Below, one piece after another: positions 24,610 to 38,419 of a DNA stretch of 64,000 nt. Source of the stretch: the human T2T-CHM13v2.0 reference genome, Homo sapiens; the NCBI RefSeq assembly GCF_009914755.1, contig NC_060926.1; one strand, given 5' to 3'. Position 1 is the stretch's first letter. Every line of letters begins with the position of its first letter. A model generated the notes under the pieces. The model was not told the DNA's origin and did not search any database. It saw nothing but the letters and a program-made list of their open reading frames with translations. A program made the position numbers and the translations under genes.

Positions 24610-24728
24610 GGAGGCTATACCATCTAGATTTGTGTAAGTACGTTCTATGAAGTTTGCACGATGTCTAAATTGCCTAAAGATGCATTCCTCACAATGTAAC
24701 ACTGTTGTTAAGTGTCATGTGACTCTAT
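24610..24728 (+). mobile_element. Tigger3-like terminal fragment
   Basis: TTTGTGTAAGTACGTTCTATGAAGTTTGCACGATG...GCATTCCTCACAATGTAACACTGTTGTTAAGTGTCATGTGACT. Confidence 0.7.
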
Positions 24729-24738
24729 AATACCTAGG

Positions 24739-24974
24739 AGATATAGTTTGGATATTCGTCTCCTCCTAACCTCATGTTGAAATGTGATCTCCGATGTTGG
24801 AGGTGAGGCCAGTGAGAGGTGTTTGAGTCTGCTTGTTTCTGCCTCACCAGAAGCAGATGCTGGCACTATGCTTCATGTACAACCTGCAGAACCATGAGCC
24901 AAATAAACCTCTTTTCTTTATAAATTACCCAGCCTCACGTATTCCTTTATAGAAACACAAAACTGACTAACATA
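24739..24974 (+). mobile_element. MaLR LTR (MSTA/B-like) with an internal deletion
   Basis: GATATAGTTTGGATATT start; CAGAAGCAGATGCTGGCACTATGCTTC...GAGCCAAATAAACCTCTTTTCTTTATAAATTACCCAG end; near-TSD CTAGG/ATAGG. Confidence 0.85.
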
Positions 24975-25056
24975 ATAGGATTTGGTAATATCATGGTGCC
25001 AAGCATCCACTGGGGGTCTTGGAACACATCCCCCTTGGATAAAGGGGGAATTACTA
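24975..25056 (+). mobile_element. MER2 terminal fragment
   Basis: GCATCCACTGGGGGTCTTGGAACACATCCCCCTTGGATAAAGGGGGAATTACT. Confidence 0.75.
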
Positions 25057-25059
25057 TCT

Positions 25060-25490
25060 CTGTATCTTATACCTGACTTAGATGGCAGGGCTTTCAGGAT
25101 TTTGCCAGTAAACATAATATGTAAGGGCTGCTGGGTTGTGTTACAGGTATTTTATCAGTTGTGTTGTGTGCGTTTATTCGTACAGAATCCATTGGTTTCT
25201 AGTTTCTTGTTTCTGTTATTTAAAAAAAATATATTAAGCATCTACTAAAACTTTCCAAATACTTTTCTTTCTTTTTTCACTTTTTTGGAGGGAAAATAAT
25301 CATATTTTCTCACATTCTACTGTTGTTTTAATAAGGTACTAGAATTGATTTGCTAAGACTTTGTTTAGAATATTTGCATATTGTAAGTGGGATATACTTG
25401 TAATTTTTTTCTTCAGTCCTATATTCTAAGTTTTCCTCATGGTGCTATTATGATTTTGTAAGAAAGAATTGCATATATTTCTTTCTTAAT
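25060..25490 (-). mobile_element. Old L1M ORF2 fragment
   Basis: Minus-strand translation TGKILKALPSKSGIR resembles L1 RT-region NGEKLKAFPLRSGTR. Confidence 0.6.
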
Positions 25491-26817
25491 TTATATAATT
25501 GATTCCCAACATGGGCTGCATATCAGAATTTTAAAAGCTAGAAATGCAAGAAATTACTAAAGCCAGGGCCCTACCCTAGATCAATTACATGGATGTAGAG
25601 TGTCTGTGATTTCAGTTTAATACAGTCTAAGATTTCTTCTCTTTTAACTTTTCAAAAGAAGTAGACAAAAAAGAGCACTTGGAAGAAAACAGGGTTAATG
25701 GAAATAATGTCATATTTTCTTTCTGCAAGTTATCCCTTTTTCTGTCTTTCTCTTTCTCCCCCCATTTCCTTCCCATTCTCCTACAAAGAAGTGTTTGGGC
25801 AATAAATTAGGTGGCAGTACTCTGCATGAGTGAATAGTTTGCACTGATACTCAGTGCTTACCTATTTGTGTCAATACTTTCTGAGTATGTTCCATCTGTA
25901 AAATTTGAAATCACAAGTTCCTTCTCAGCTCCAGGAGATAACAGATGAAATATCAGGCAAGAAATGAGAAGGATGTGATGCTGATTGCTTTCTGGAAGAC
26001 TCAATTTGTAAGCTGCTGGGAATCCATATCTTTCCCAGTTGACCTTTCTTGTTATACCTTCTGTACATTTTTTTCCTCTAACATAAAAATTATCATGGGG
26101 ATTCGTAGGAGATTGTCTGATTCTTGAAACTGCATTTGTTACTTTGTGCAATTTATAGCAGCTTTCCACAAGTAATTTATCAGTGCTTGTTGTTTAGTGC
26201 CCTGTGACAGATCTACCAGTTCACACTCTCACGAGAGCACTGAGACCCTTCTTCCATATGCAGATTTTCTTTCTTGATTACATTTAATTCTGGTTCTGGG
26301 ATATTGCTAACAGTGATGTCAAGGAGCATGGCATGGTGTCTCCCCCATGTTCTAAGGCCGTCTCAGCTCTAATAACATCTTTCTGTTGTATTAACCTGCT
26401 GTTCAGTGAATTCTTAGCCATCTGCTTCTGGCTTAGGACTGTGATTTGAGTATTGTATCTAGTGGATGCAAAGGGTAAGAAGATAGATGTTAAACATTCT
26501 CTTTCTCTGTGTGCTACTTAATTTGCTTGACATATTACAAATTGTAAGTTCCTGTGTCTGTCAACACATCCTCACCACCTCCAGACTAACTTGCACAAGC
26601 TTCAGTGTGTTGTTGGCTTAAATCCTTGCTCCCTCCATAGTTCCACCCAGTGCCTAAGACGAGCGAATAGTTTCCAGTTCACATGCTGATTAATAAACAT
26701 CACATTTGATTAGTCATAGTAAATGGTTGTGTTAGAAAGAACCCCGAAGCCATGTATTTCCTACTCAGATCTCATCCAACAGGAAAGATTTAGTGGCTAT
26801 TTTTATTACCTTTTTCT

Positions 26818-27120
26818 TTTTTCTTTTCTTTTTTTATTTTTTGTTTGTTTGTTAGTTTGAGATGGAGTCTTGCTCTGTCACCTAGGCTAGAGTGCAGTAG
26901 CAGTGGTTCAATCTTGGCTCACTGCAACCTCTGCCTCCCAGGTTCAAGCAGTTTTCCTGCCTCAGCCTCCCAAGAAGATGGGTCTACAGATGCACACCAC
27001 CTCATCTGGCTAATTTTTGTATTTTTAGTAGAGATCGGGTTTCACCATGTTGGCCAGGCTGGTCTCAAACTCCTGACCTCAGGTAATCTGCCTGTCTCGG
27101 CCTCCCAAAGTGCTGGAATT
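26818..27120 (-). mobile_element. AluS (Sx/Sz-like), slightly 5'-truncated
   Basis: Antisense Alu; 13-bp TSD ATTACCTTTTTCT at 26805-26817 and 27122-27134. Confidence 0.95.
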
Positions 27121-29007
27121 CATTACCTTTTTCTAAGTGTTATGAAAAACACTACTTTTCATATATATAACATTTTCTTATTCTATGAAATACACTAATT
27201 TACTTATAACAACATTAGATTTTTTTTAAATCTGCACTAAAACTAAATTCATTAGTGAGTTTATTGTGTATTAATACTGCAACTTATGGATACTCGAACC
27301 TGAATTTCTTGAATCTGTTACTTTCCACTGTAATGTCTCAGGAAACAAGGGATTTTCATGAATTATTTATACTCTATAAGACTGAAAACAAAAGGTGTCT
27401 TGCCTTAGTTTGAATTTAAACTTAAAAATCTTTTCATTTTATGTTTCTAATAATTAAAGTTAGTTATGAGATATATTGGAAAATTTGGAAAACATTGAAG
27501 GAAACTTTAAATGGAAGAAAAAAGACTTTACATGATCCTATCCTCATTGTTAAAATATTTATATACATTCTTCCAGGTTTTTGTTATAATACATGTTTTT
27601 GTAATGTAATTAAAATTATCCTAAGTAAATAATATATACATATATATCCTATTTGTTTCACTTATCATTATAACGTAAGTATTCTCTAATATTTAAAAAC
27701 TATCACATTATTTTTAGGGGCTCATAATATTCCATTAAATGATTTTGTTTACTTCATCTAACCATTCCTAATATTGTTTATTTTCATTGATTTCTTGATT
27801 TTACCATAATTAGCAATGCCACAATGATATATTTTGGATTATTTTATTTTACCAGAAATTGAATTCTCAAAACGAAGGAAAAAGACATTATTTCAAGGCT
27901 GTTACTAAATTAAACCTCTTTTTAAATAAACAACTGAATATTATAAGATATGTCTGTGCAATGTAGCTTTTAAACTTTGTCATTTTCCTAAAAACGTGAG
28001 TCACGGAGGATGGTAGCAATGATGACCCCATCCTGGCAGGTAATAAATTTTTAAGTGGCTTTGCACTGGAAAGATGGACTAGATGCGCTATTGAGATCTG
28101 TTGTACGATATGTGCTATGAAGAAGAGAAAAATACAGGAAATCTTCAGAGGGTCGTTGATCCCAGTGAAGTACTGCATCAGACCACATGCTGTGTAAATG
28201 TGCCCACTGGGATTTCATCTAAAAACGGAGGAACTAAAAATTACCAAAATAGTTTAACTTGAAATTTAGAAAGTTTAGATTACAGTTAAGACTATATATG
28301 ATTATCAGAAGCTTACTAAAAACATATCTCACTTTTTTAGTATATTTTTCTGACAAAGTTCAAAGTTAGTGTAACCCTTCACTTCATGGGTGACCTGCAT
28401 TGTGTTCATAAAAAGAGTCTTTTTGGCAGAAATCTTGCAGTATGCCAGCAGTTTTCCCAACGGCCTGTCTTAATGTTTTGAAATTCAAATTTTTCTTCTT
28501 TGAACTGTCATTTTATGAACCTCCTCATCAGTTTCCTGATCTCTTCCTCTTGTTAACTGGTCTAACTCTGCCAGGAAGACATTCATGAGTGGCTTTGTAT
28601 GTGGTTCTTCAGCATCACTTTTATGAAATCCTGGATAATTTGCAGAAAAGTAGTTTCATAATTCGACCCACTTGCACTTGTGTCTTAAAGATCTGATTTT
28701 TTAAAAAAATGACAGAATGGAAAGAAATAGATGTCTTTTGTAAAAAGAGAGAAATGTTTGAGTGAGGATTGATTTGATAAATTGTCAGTCAATTAGCAAA
28801 TATTTTGTATTTTGAGTTCTAACTAATGTTACAACCTCAAGATTGTGGCTAATAAACACGTGGGTAAAAAGGCCATCTATGTGCTCTGCTCCTTCTGCTC
28901 AGTCCTGTCTTCCAAACACATGTAAGTGTTTACATTTCACGATAACAAATGAACCACATAATGAAGATAATTTCACACTAACCATGAAGCTTAGCTCTGC
29001 AAAGAAC

Positions 29008-29140
29008 AATGGTTCCCAGTATTGGCTTCATATTAGAATTGCCTTGGAAGCTTTTAAAAAATGTCCATGCCCAAGCCTTACTCAGATAAATCAGAACTTC
29101 TGAAAGAGAGTCCCAGATACCAGTATTTTTTAATGTTCTT
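29008..29140. mobile_element. MER5-family fragment
   Basis: CAATGGTTCCCAGTATTGGCTTCATATTAGAATTGCCTTGGAAGCTTTTAAAAAAT. Confidence 0.6.
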
Positions 29141-29158
29141 TTTAAAAGGAAAGTATAA

Positions 29159-29509
<351 letters not shown>

Positions 29510-29954
29510 TAACTGTATCTGAAGATTTAGTGCCTGAGATTCTGCACTTATAATTAATCCCTATATGACTGTAATATAAGTTATTCTGGGGAACAATTTG
29601 AGACAATGCTGATACATGCAGATAAAAAGTAGTAGAAAAAAATGGTGGATTAATCTTATTCTATGGACTAGCAATTCTCAATTATTTCATTTCAGTTTTT
29701 ACTTTTCATTTCCCAATGAATATCATAAATGCCTATTTTCAACTCTCCATAGGACAGTGGCTACTTCTGTATATTAAAAACGAAAACTAGCATATCAATT
29801 GTATCTGTTTTGTGGTGAGCATTATTGGTAGTATAAGGATTTTAATTCAGCTAATCAAACATTGGCACATCGGTGTGTGATACTTTATGTTTTTTTCCAA
29901 AATACAGTGTCACAACCATACTTATGGAACAATTGCCATTAAAGTAATGTCTAG

Positions 29955-30120
29955 ACCAGTGCTTCTAAAACTTGGTTGTGCATTCATATTATCTGGGGAG
30001 ATCGCTGTATGTCAGATTCCGATTCATATGACTGGAACAAGGCTTAAGAAACAGCATTTCTAACAAGCACCTATATTTTGATAATGTTCCTAAATCTTGG
30101 ACCACAATTTGAGTAGAAAG
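29955..30120. mobile_element. MER5A-like
   Basis: CAGTGCTTCTAAAACTT...GCATTTCTAACAAGC...GGACCACAATTTGAGTAG. Confidence 0.7.
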
Positions 30121-30859
30121 TCTGCAGCCTACACTATATAAATATACATATATGTATATATGTGTATGTATTAATATGTATTCTTTCCCGCAAGACTAGA
30201 TCGTGTAGGATAGATTCTTCTCTGGAAATTGAGCCCTTATAACTTCCCCATAATTGAATTCAATTGAAAAATATATTTAACTACTATTTATTAAGGGCCT
30301 TTTATGGACAGAGCACTTTAAACATCAAACACGTGATGTTATTTTGTCATACTCACTTAACTTATACTCAAGGAGAAGCAGTAATTTGCCCAAGTCCGCA
30401 TCATTTGAATTGACAGAACTAAAGTTTATGCTCATACTGGTGTGGCCCCAGAGTCAATAATCTTAGCTACTAAGCAATGTTATCCTCCCCGGCTCATCAG
30501 CTTCCTACCGCCTCCTTCAGCCCAGTGTTTTCACTTTCTTTTGTTTATTTCCGATAATGATGAAAGATTGTTTCAGCTTCATCACAGGCCATGTAGTGCA
30601 AATTGAAGACGGCTGTCTAGGCAAGGCTCTTAACTATTAACATTGTGGAATACGCACACAAGAAAAATCCACAGTTGTGATTGTACATTTAGCACCTCCA
30701 CCCATACTCAAGTTATTATTTTATACTTAAAGAATTTGGATTTCCTATAGGGAAAATGACATAGCCATCATCTCCATTTCTGAATGAAAAAGTAGAGGAA
30801 ATAAATGTCTCATTACTGGGGGGCTGAAATACATCTCATAGCAGCTCCTGTAAAGGAAA

Positions 30860-31055
30860 AATAACTAACATTTATTGATCTGCTTTTCTATGCTGAGTGT
30901 TGTGCTAGCCACTTCACACATAGATCACCCTACTCAGTCCTCACAACGGTCCACTGAATTATTATCTTCCACACGTTACAGATGAAGAAACTGACAAGCA
31001 GGGATTAAAGAAAGACTTGCCTGCAGTTAACAGCTGCTAAATGATGGAGGCAATG
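30860..31055 (-). mobile_element. MIR
   Basis: AACTAACATTTATTGA...TTACAGATGAAGAAACTGA...GACTTGCCTGCAGTTAACAGCTGCTAAATG. Confidence 0.75.
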
Positions 31056-31839
31056 TTTGCCTTTTCAGCGAATCAATATAGTTAAAGGAATATAGTGTTT
31101 GTTTCTCTACACGCTGCAGATAACAATTTTGAATGCATTAGATGAATTTGTAATATATTGTGCTAAAATAGATGTTTTTATTTTAGAACAAAAGAAAACA
31201 TGTTTAATCTGATGATCACTGCAATAACTCTAGCCTGATTGAGATTCATGAGAGTAGTTATTTATATGAGGAAGATAAACTAACATTTCTCAAAAGGCAC
31301 ACCCAACCACCAATATGTTTTACATGTGATTTATAAAATAAATATTCCACAAAGTGAAAGATATGGAGTGTTTTCATTATTCTTGCATTTTAACATTTGT
31401 AATATACTATAACATGATAAATGAATTAGGTTATATTGATTAGGTTTTTGCTGCAGTCAGTAATCATTTTACTTTCTTATCACTTATGCCTGAGAGTAGA
31501 AATTAAACAAATGGCTTAATTACAATGAGAGGAAATATCTTTTTCTATTCCAAGTAGTAGCTCTGAAGATAAAAACAGACATATTTCACTGATGTCTAAC
31601 TTCTAATTGATGATAAAACCATGAGTATGTCATTAAGTCTGTGTTTGTCTTGAGCTATTTCTGGATTAGGTGAGTTTTTCAAATATCTGAGTGGTTGTTT
31701 CTTTTTCATTGCTATTGTTTGATTTTCCCTAAATATTGCTTTCACTCTAACCCTATATTTCCATAGGAGTTTTTGTTCTGTGGGAAAAGTTCTATGGGGA
31801 AGTTTTATTGTTCTATGGAAAAGTTTGCCACTTTACTAA

Positions 31840-32110
31840 TCCTGCCTTCCCTTGCCTTACCAACTAAAGATGAGTTTACCAAAGTCTGGACTCCGGCACA
31901 TGTGCTGGTCTTGTCTCTTTTTATTCTCCCTCTCTCTGCCTTTATTTTATTTCTGTTCCTATACTGTGATTATTTATTTACAAAAGTTCTCTATTACATG
32001 TAAGCTCTTGAGGGCAACCATTATTTTTTTTTAATCTTTTAAATTCCAGCTATAATACAGGGTTTAGCACTGAATAAGCTCAGTAAACATTGGTGGAATT
32101 AATGATTATT
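31840..32110 (+). mobile_element. L2 3' end
   Basis: ATGTAAGCTCTTGAGGGCA...AAGCTCAGTAAACATTGGTGGAATTAATGA. Confidence 0.65.
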
Positions 32111-35100
32111 AAACGCCCAGGCAGAAAATTAATTGATTGAATATTACTAACAAACTTTCTCTAATTTGAGCTAGACAATATTAAAATGGCAATTAACTTT
32201 TCTTCTCTACTTATACTCTCAAATTTATCATCATGATTGTATATTCTCTAAGAAAATTAACTCCATAAAATTAGTCATTTTAAGAGGAATTCCTTACATT
32301 TTCATTTGGATCAGACACACGGATGCGTCTCTTTGAAGGAAGTCTTCTTTTCTCAGCAGGTTGTTTCTGACTAGAATCCATTTGTATCCAAACAATTTGA
32401 GACCCTCGTTCTGCTTTAGCGCACAGACTTTCCTAGGAGCAGTCGCCATTCCAATATTGTCCACGGAGCTGGAATGTAATTTTCAGACAAGTTCTGATTA
32501 CACCCCAGTGGTTCATGAAACTCTAATGCATGGCAGTTGTTTGAGAGGATTTTACTAGTGAACACCTCAAACAAGATTTCAAAATTTTATTTTTGTGGGG
32601 TAGAGAGTGAAATACAGAGAGGTGGTGCTGAGCTCTGTTGTAATACAAAAAAGCCTCTTGGCTTCTAATGCAGAGAGTACTTCCAGAAAGAATGATAATT
32701 TAGTGTGTGTAAAATCATTTCTACCTAGTGTAATACTAGAATAATTGTTTTATAAAAGACCCTGCTGTTATTGTAATGGCACAAACTGGTATGCATTAGG
32801 CCCCTCTTGTTTATATTAGAATATTTATTTAGAACTAAATATTAGAGGACTCTTAGGCTAGAGATGCAATCCAGGAGGTGAGTTGCCTGTATTTTTTGCC
32901 CAGTTAGCTTTCTAAGAAAGTAGAAAAAAAATCTTTATTGTGTACTAGGAAAAACCTGATGTGGAAGAATAAGGGTCTGAAATCTCATACAGCTGCCCCA
33001 CATGCAAGTTGTGTGTCCTTAGGTAATTTTCATAATCCCTTTGATAATTAGAACTACAAGAGAAATTTAGATAATCTATCATAAATTACTTATTGAAGAT
33101 ATTTCTGCTGGAATACATTTTTGAGAAGGATTTATTAAATGTCACCTTAGGGCTTTCTCACTGATTACAAGAATGCTTCAAACTAATATTATACAGTCTT
33201 AAAATTTTTAAGAATTGAGATGGCAAACTTCTACTACAGTACCCTTATGGAGCAAGGACTGGAGCTTCAGCATAGAAAACCTCTAGCTAAATAAGCTCAC
33301 CGTATTCAAATGTGTTGACAAAGTGCAGGATATAGGAAACCATTCTGCAAGTCATGACAGGATTCTCCGCAGGTATTTTCCCCTAGGATATTTAAAATAG
33401 GATGTAATTGATGGAAATCAATTTGCAGAATCTTATCTCGAACACTTCTGTTGGCACATCTGTACTTTTATAGAATCGTCTCTTGAGGCTTATCTATTTC
33501 AGTAAAGTTTCTAAATACTGTAACGTCAGTGTCTAGGCTAAAGATATGATGGAGAGCATCTAAATTTAAAATAAGAGAGAGTGCTAATACGCAGGTATTA
33601 ATAAAAACTTTTCATGTTCCTGCTAGTGATGTCCCTTATGGGAAACTCATGCAACGTTATTTCATGATGTTTATGATTTTGTAATCACTCTAAACTACAG
33701 AGCCATTTTCTCACTTTCTGAATGTGTTTATTATCAAAACAACATTATCTGATCTTATAAGACTGGGTCCTGTATTTTTTTAAGAGCTTTGAGAGTAGAT
33801 GGCAATAATAGGTTCTCTCACCACTCTGGTTTCACATTGTTCCTTCTGTCTTAGAAGTGTAATTTATTCCCTAGATTCCTACTTTTTAAGAATTCAGTAT
33901 TTTGCCTTTCTTCTTTAAAAGCTAATTGTGCATCTCTTCACTCTGTACAATGTTTTCAATTGAATAAAAACGTGTTAAAAGGTTAGTACAACCTGATGTT
34001 TAGGAGACCTACGAATATAGTGAAATAATTCTTCATAAGTGTAAAGTACAAATGGCCTAATGAATATAGTCCTGAAGAAAATGTAGTAAATTGACTTTTG
34101 AAAATAAGTTCACTCTTTTCAAGGTTGTTTTCATAGGCTATTCAGACATGTATTCAGGGAATCAGCCAATCAACCAGATTACAACTGAACTAAAATGATG
34201 AAACAAGCATGGTGTCAGGACCTAGAAAAACCATGTGACTAATACGTGGTCCCATAATCAAAGGCACTTATTTAGAAAAGAGATGATTTTGACTATTACC
34301 TGATAGAGTCCTCCATGTAACATGTACCTATTCCATGTTTTCTCATTTAAGATTCTCTTTTCATATTGTCCATATTATAAATGATATACCATTTTGTTCT
34401 GTATTTAGGTCATAATAATTAGTTTTTAATTAAGCTGATCTTCTCCAAAAATATCCTACCCAATTCTGCTCCAACTATTCCAGTTCTACCCCTTTTGCAA
34501 ATTCCAACCTAAATCTTGCTTTTTCTGAAGTCTTTTTCAATGTTCAATCATATTAGCCTATCATGTTGCTTACTTTGAATTGCTCTGACATAATTTGTTT
34601 TTAAACACCATCATGCCATACAGTGCATAGTCCATTACAGTCTAATTTATGGATACGTTTTGCTTTACCAGTGATTCTCCTGATTCACTTAGATTCTTCT
34701 ACTACCAAGAGTCTGGAAAGGAAATCCGCAACTCTCAAGCCAGTTTTCAATTCCCTTTGCTTTATCTTGTGAACATGATAAAGTTCCCTCCTTCTCTGAT
34801 TCTTGATATTTTCTACTCTTAAAATAGCATTTATCATCTATTTCATAGGGACCAGATAGAGCCATAAGTTTACATGAGGAAAAAAAAGAATTGACTTTGT
34901 GTTAGCTTCCCAGTTCAGAGATTCTCATTACAACTGTATTCCTGATTGCCAAAAGGCCCTTTAAATGAAATGCCTCCTGTAACAAAGGGAGGCTCTATGT
35001 GGGCTGACTTTATTATCCAACAGCAGGGAATATCTGTGCATTGAAAAAAAGAAGAAAATGCTTTGAAAGAATACATTTTACAAAGCCGGTAGTAGGTCAG

Positions 35101-35959
35101 GGGAGCCTTTGCCTGACTCTACGTTAGAGTTTTTAAATTGCTTTTGGATGAGGACAGCCTATTTTTATTTCTTTGTCATCCAACATTGTTATGATAAATA
35201 ATTAATTTGCTATATTTTATGTTTCTATCATAATCCATGTTGTGAGATCACTGTGGCATTTTGCTGTAATGATAAGAAGAAATAAATGGTGCTACAATGC
35301 TTAGGAAAGATTGTGTAATTTCCAGTGATGGACAGTCTGGGAAACTTAGCAAATGGCTGGCCTGGGTCTCACCTAGTAGAAAAAGCTCAGAAGAGATGAG
35401 TTAAAGCGTTGTCAATTGTTCAGTCCCATCCCTTCAATGGAAGTGCTGAAAATTAAGGCACAAGTCCTAAGCCCTGCTGTAAGATTGTACAATTCACAAC
35501 ATTTCCTAGACCCGGCAACATGACTCACAGATTGGTGCTGTCTCTGTCTCTGTCTCTCTCACCACTTGCTCTCTCTCCCCATCCTCTCTCTGAAGGGGAA
35601 GACTCCTTCAGAACTGTTTTTCTGTGTAGCATGGATGGAACTGGAGATCATTATGAATTTGAAATTAGCCAAATCCATTCTTAAATACCTCAGACTGACA
35701 TACATCTTCCAAGGATTCAAGTTCCAGCTGGCATTTGAAAACATGGCTTTAGAGGCTCATTCAACCCTGAGATTCTGTGATTGCATGATATTCTAGTTTA
35801 CCTTCATCTTTTCCATTTTTTCTTTTAAATGTAATAATGCTTCCAGTGTATATTAGTCACTGACAACTAATGAACTGTAAAACATTTTCTTATGCTTTCC
35901 ATAGACCCATAGCTAGAGATGTTGACCCAGTGATTAATTCTAAATTGCAATCGATGGGT

Positions 35960-35988
35960 AATTATTATTATTATTATTATTATTATTA
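35960..35988. repeat. (ATT)n microsatellite
   Basis: Directly visible. Confidence 0.9.
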
Positions 35989-36137
35989 GGCTTTTGAATA
36001 ATATTGAATATGTCCCTGAAGTTAGAAATTTTTCCCCACTTTCAAAGTGAAAGCCTGGAAAAATAGTTAAGTTGGTTCAAAAGAGCCAAGGATTTTATTC
36101 TTTCTTATGATACTATCCTCCCAGGTAAGATTTTATA

Positions 36138-36149
36138 TCTATCTATCTA

Positions 36150-36205
<56 letters not shown>
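36138..36205. repeat. Compound tetranucleotide STR [TCTA]3[TCTG]3[TCTA]11
   Basis: Counted directly. Confidence 0.95.
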
Positions 36206-36825
36206 GATATAGAATCACATATAGATATAGATTTAATATCTCCAATTACTTGCAGAAATTCATGGAGTGCTGACGTGCTGAGAGTATGTAAATAGTACAC
36301 CCTACCGCTGTTTAACCTTGTGGTGAAATCATGTGCACTCTTCAGGTCATGTTCCAGTACTTTAATCAAGTTTTCCATTTGGTAAACTGAAAGACCCTGT
36401 ATTTCTAATGCTTTGCTAATCACTATAGGAGCAAACATTTATTGAATGTGTCTTATGGACCAGACACTGGTGATGATAAGAACAATTGTATTTATTCTGT
36501 TTCCTTGAATCGTCTTGGCCATACCTTATCGAGGTACAATATTTGCTTTCATTTTGCAGATGAGGAAACGTAGATTATGAAATGTTAATCAACTGACTCA
36601 ATGTATGGTAAATTCTTTCTATCTTACTTTCTCCCATTTAGTTTTTTTCTTTCATTTATTGAACAAATATTTATTTAGTTTCCATTATGTACCAGATGCT
36701 GTGCTAAACATGAGGAATATAAGGATGAATAAAACAGAAGTGGTCTTGTCAAAAAGTAAGTGACGGAAATGGAATTCTCACCCAGGCCCACTTTATTCCA
36801 AGGATAAACTCTTCACCACCCAGTG

Positions 36826-37012
36826 TGCCTTCCTCCCTTCCTTCCAGCCTTCCTCCCTTCCTTCCAACCTCCTTTCCTTCCCTTCCCTTCCCTTTCCTTC
36901 CCTCTCCCTTCCCTCTCCCTTCCTTCCTTCCTTCCTCCCTCTCTCTCTCCCTCCCTCCCTCCCTCTCTCTCTCTTTTTCTTTTTTTCTTTCTTTCTTGCT
37001 TGCTTGCTTTCT
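36826..37012. repeat. Polypyrimidine (CCTT/CCCT/CTTT) low-complexity tract
   Basis: Directly visible. Confidence 0.9.
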
Positions 37013-38419
37013 CTGTGTGATTCTTCCTATATCACAACAAAGAATGCAATCATGACAGTGAATATGAGAGAAGGTTTTCTTCGTATCTGATTGACTAACT
37101 CCCTTCTACTACTTGAGGACAGTGCAGCTCAGCCCTTCTCCCCTCCCGTCTTGGATTTTCTTTCCCCTGCCATCCTAGCTGCAGAAAGCTCAGGGACATC
37201 AGCCCATTCAAATGGTGATATCCCATCTTTCAAGATTTAACCCCCTGTATCTTGCAAACCATCTCACTTTCCAAAGCCCCTTATTAAATTGTCCAAACTC
37301 GCTGTTTAAGTAAGACATGGCCATTTCCACATGACAGAATATAAACTGCTGATAGTTTTTGTATTGTATTATGGGGTAAAGGGACAAATCTACTGTGACC
37401 AGTGATAATACACTCAAAGATTCTCACTGCCTCAGGCACTTTCTGACCACCCTGCTCAGGGACAATCCATGTCTCCATACCCAGTAAGTCATGCACAGCA
37501 TTCCAGATAGGGAAGATTCTTTGTGTTAATTCCAGTGATGGCTGGCTGTAGTGGGTTTTATTTTTCAGGTAACCCTGAGCCAGGCCCTGTGGGAACTGAA
37601 ATACAAGTAGACCTTCCTGTGAGTTCCATACAGAGATCTCTCAGGAACTTGCTCTTTTACCTCCCGGCCACTCTATGATAAGTGGAAGTTAAAGGAGTTG
37701 GTTTCACTCTACCACTACTTCACTGTGGTGCTCAGTGTGACATGTTCACCTGGTGTTCAGAGGTCTAAAAGAAATGAATTCTGCAGTACAGAGAGAAATT
37801 TTAAAAGGGAGAGACAAAAGGGGAAAAAACAGGATGAGGTTAGCATATGAAAGTGTTTTCTTTCCCTCCCTTTGGGCTGGTTTTACAATGCTAGTGTGCT
37901 AGTAGAATGGCTGCTTTCTTCAGCACTTTGTTAAAGGTCCCTGGTTGGGTAAGAAACTTGACTGCACTAGGACACATCAAACAACCAGCCAGGCTTTGGT
38001 CTTACCCAGGCACTGAAAAGCTGAGCCCTGTGCTCTGCTCTCCCATTTGCCACATTTTGCCGGATGAGTCTGGTATGCTTCAGACAAGCAGTTACACATT
38101 TCACGAAGGAAAGAGGTCGGTGGATGGAAAATTACTGTCATTTTTAGTGGGTGAAGGCAAAGAAGACCTACCTTCTCTTCCATTGTGAGATACTGTACAG
38201 CACCTTCGATTCATGTGCGTAGGTCTGAATTCTGTTTTCAGGATACTTAGTGTTGTGTTTGTAGAATTGAGGAGATGCTACCTAGGGGAGACCATGGAGA
38301 TCCACTGAAGTGGCTGCGGCTGATTGTGATTGAATTTTTAAGCATTTACTGAACATTCCTAATTTGTCTGTATGGAGGTTAACAACAATTTCCTACAAAC
38401 TGAGTCAAAAGGACATATT

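Noticed and set aside
28018-28100. ATGATGA as a C box of a C/D snoRNA
   Set aside because: No suitably placed CTGA D box or terminal stem.
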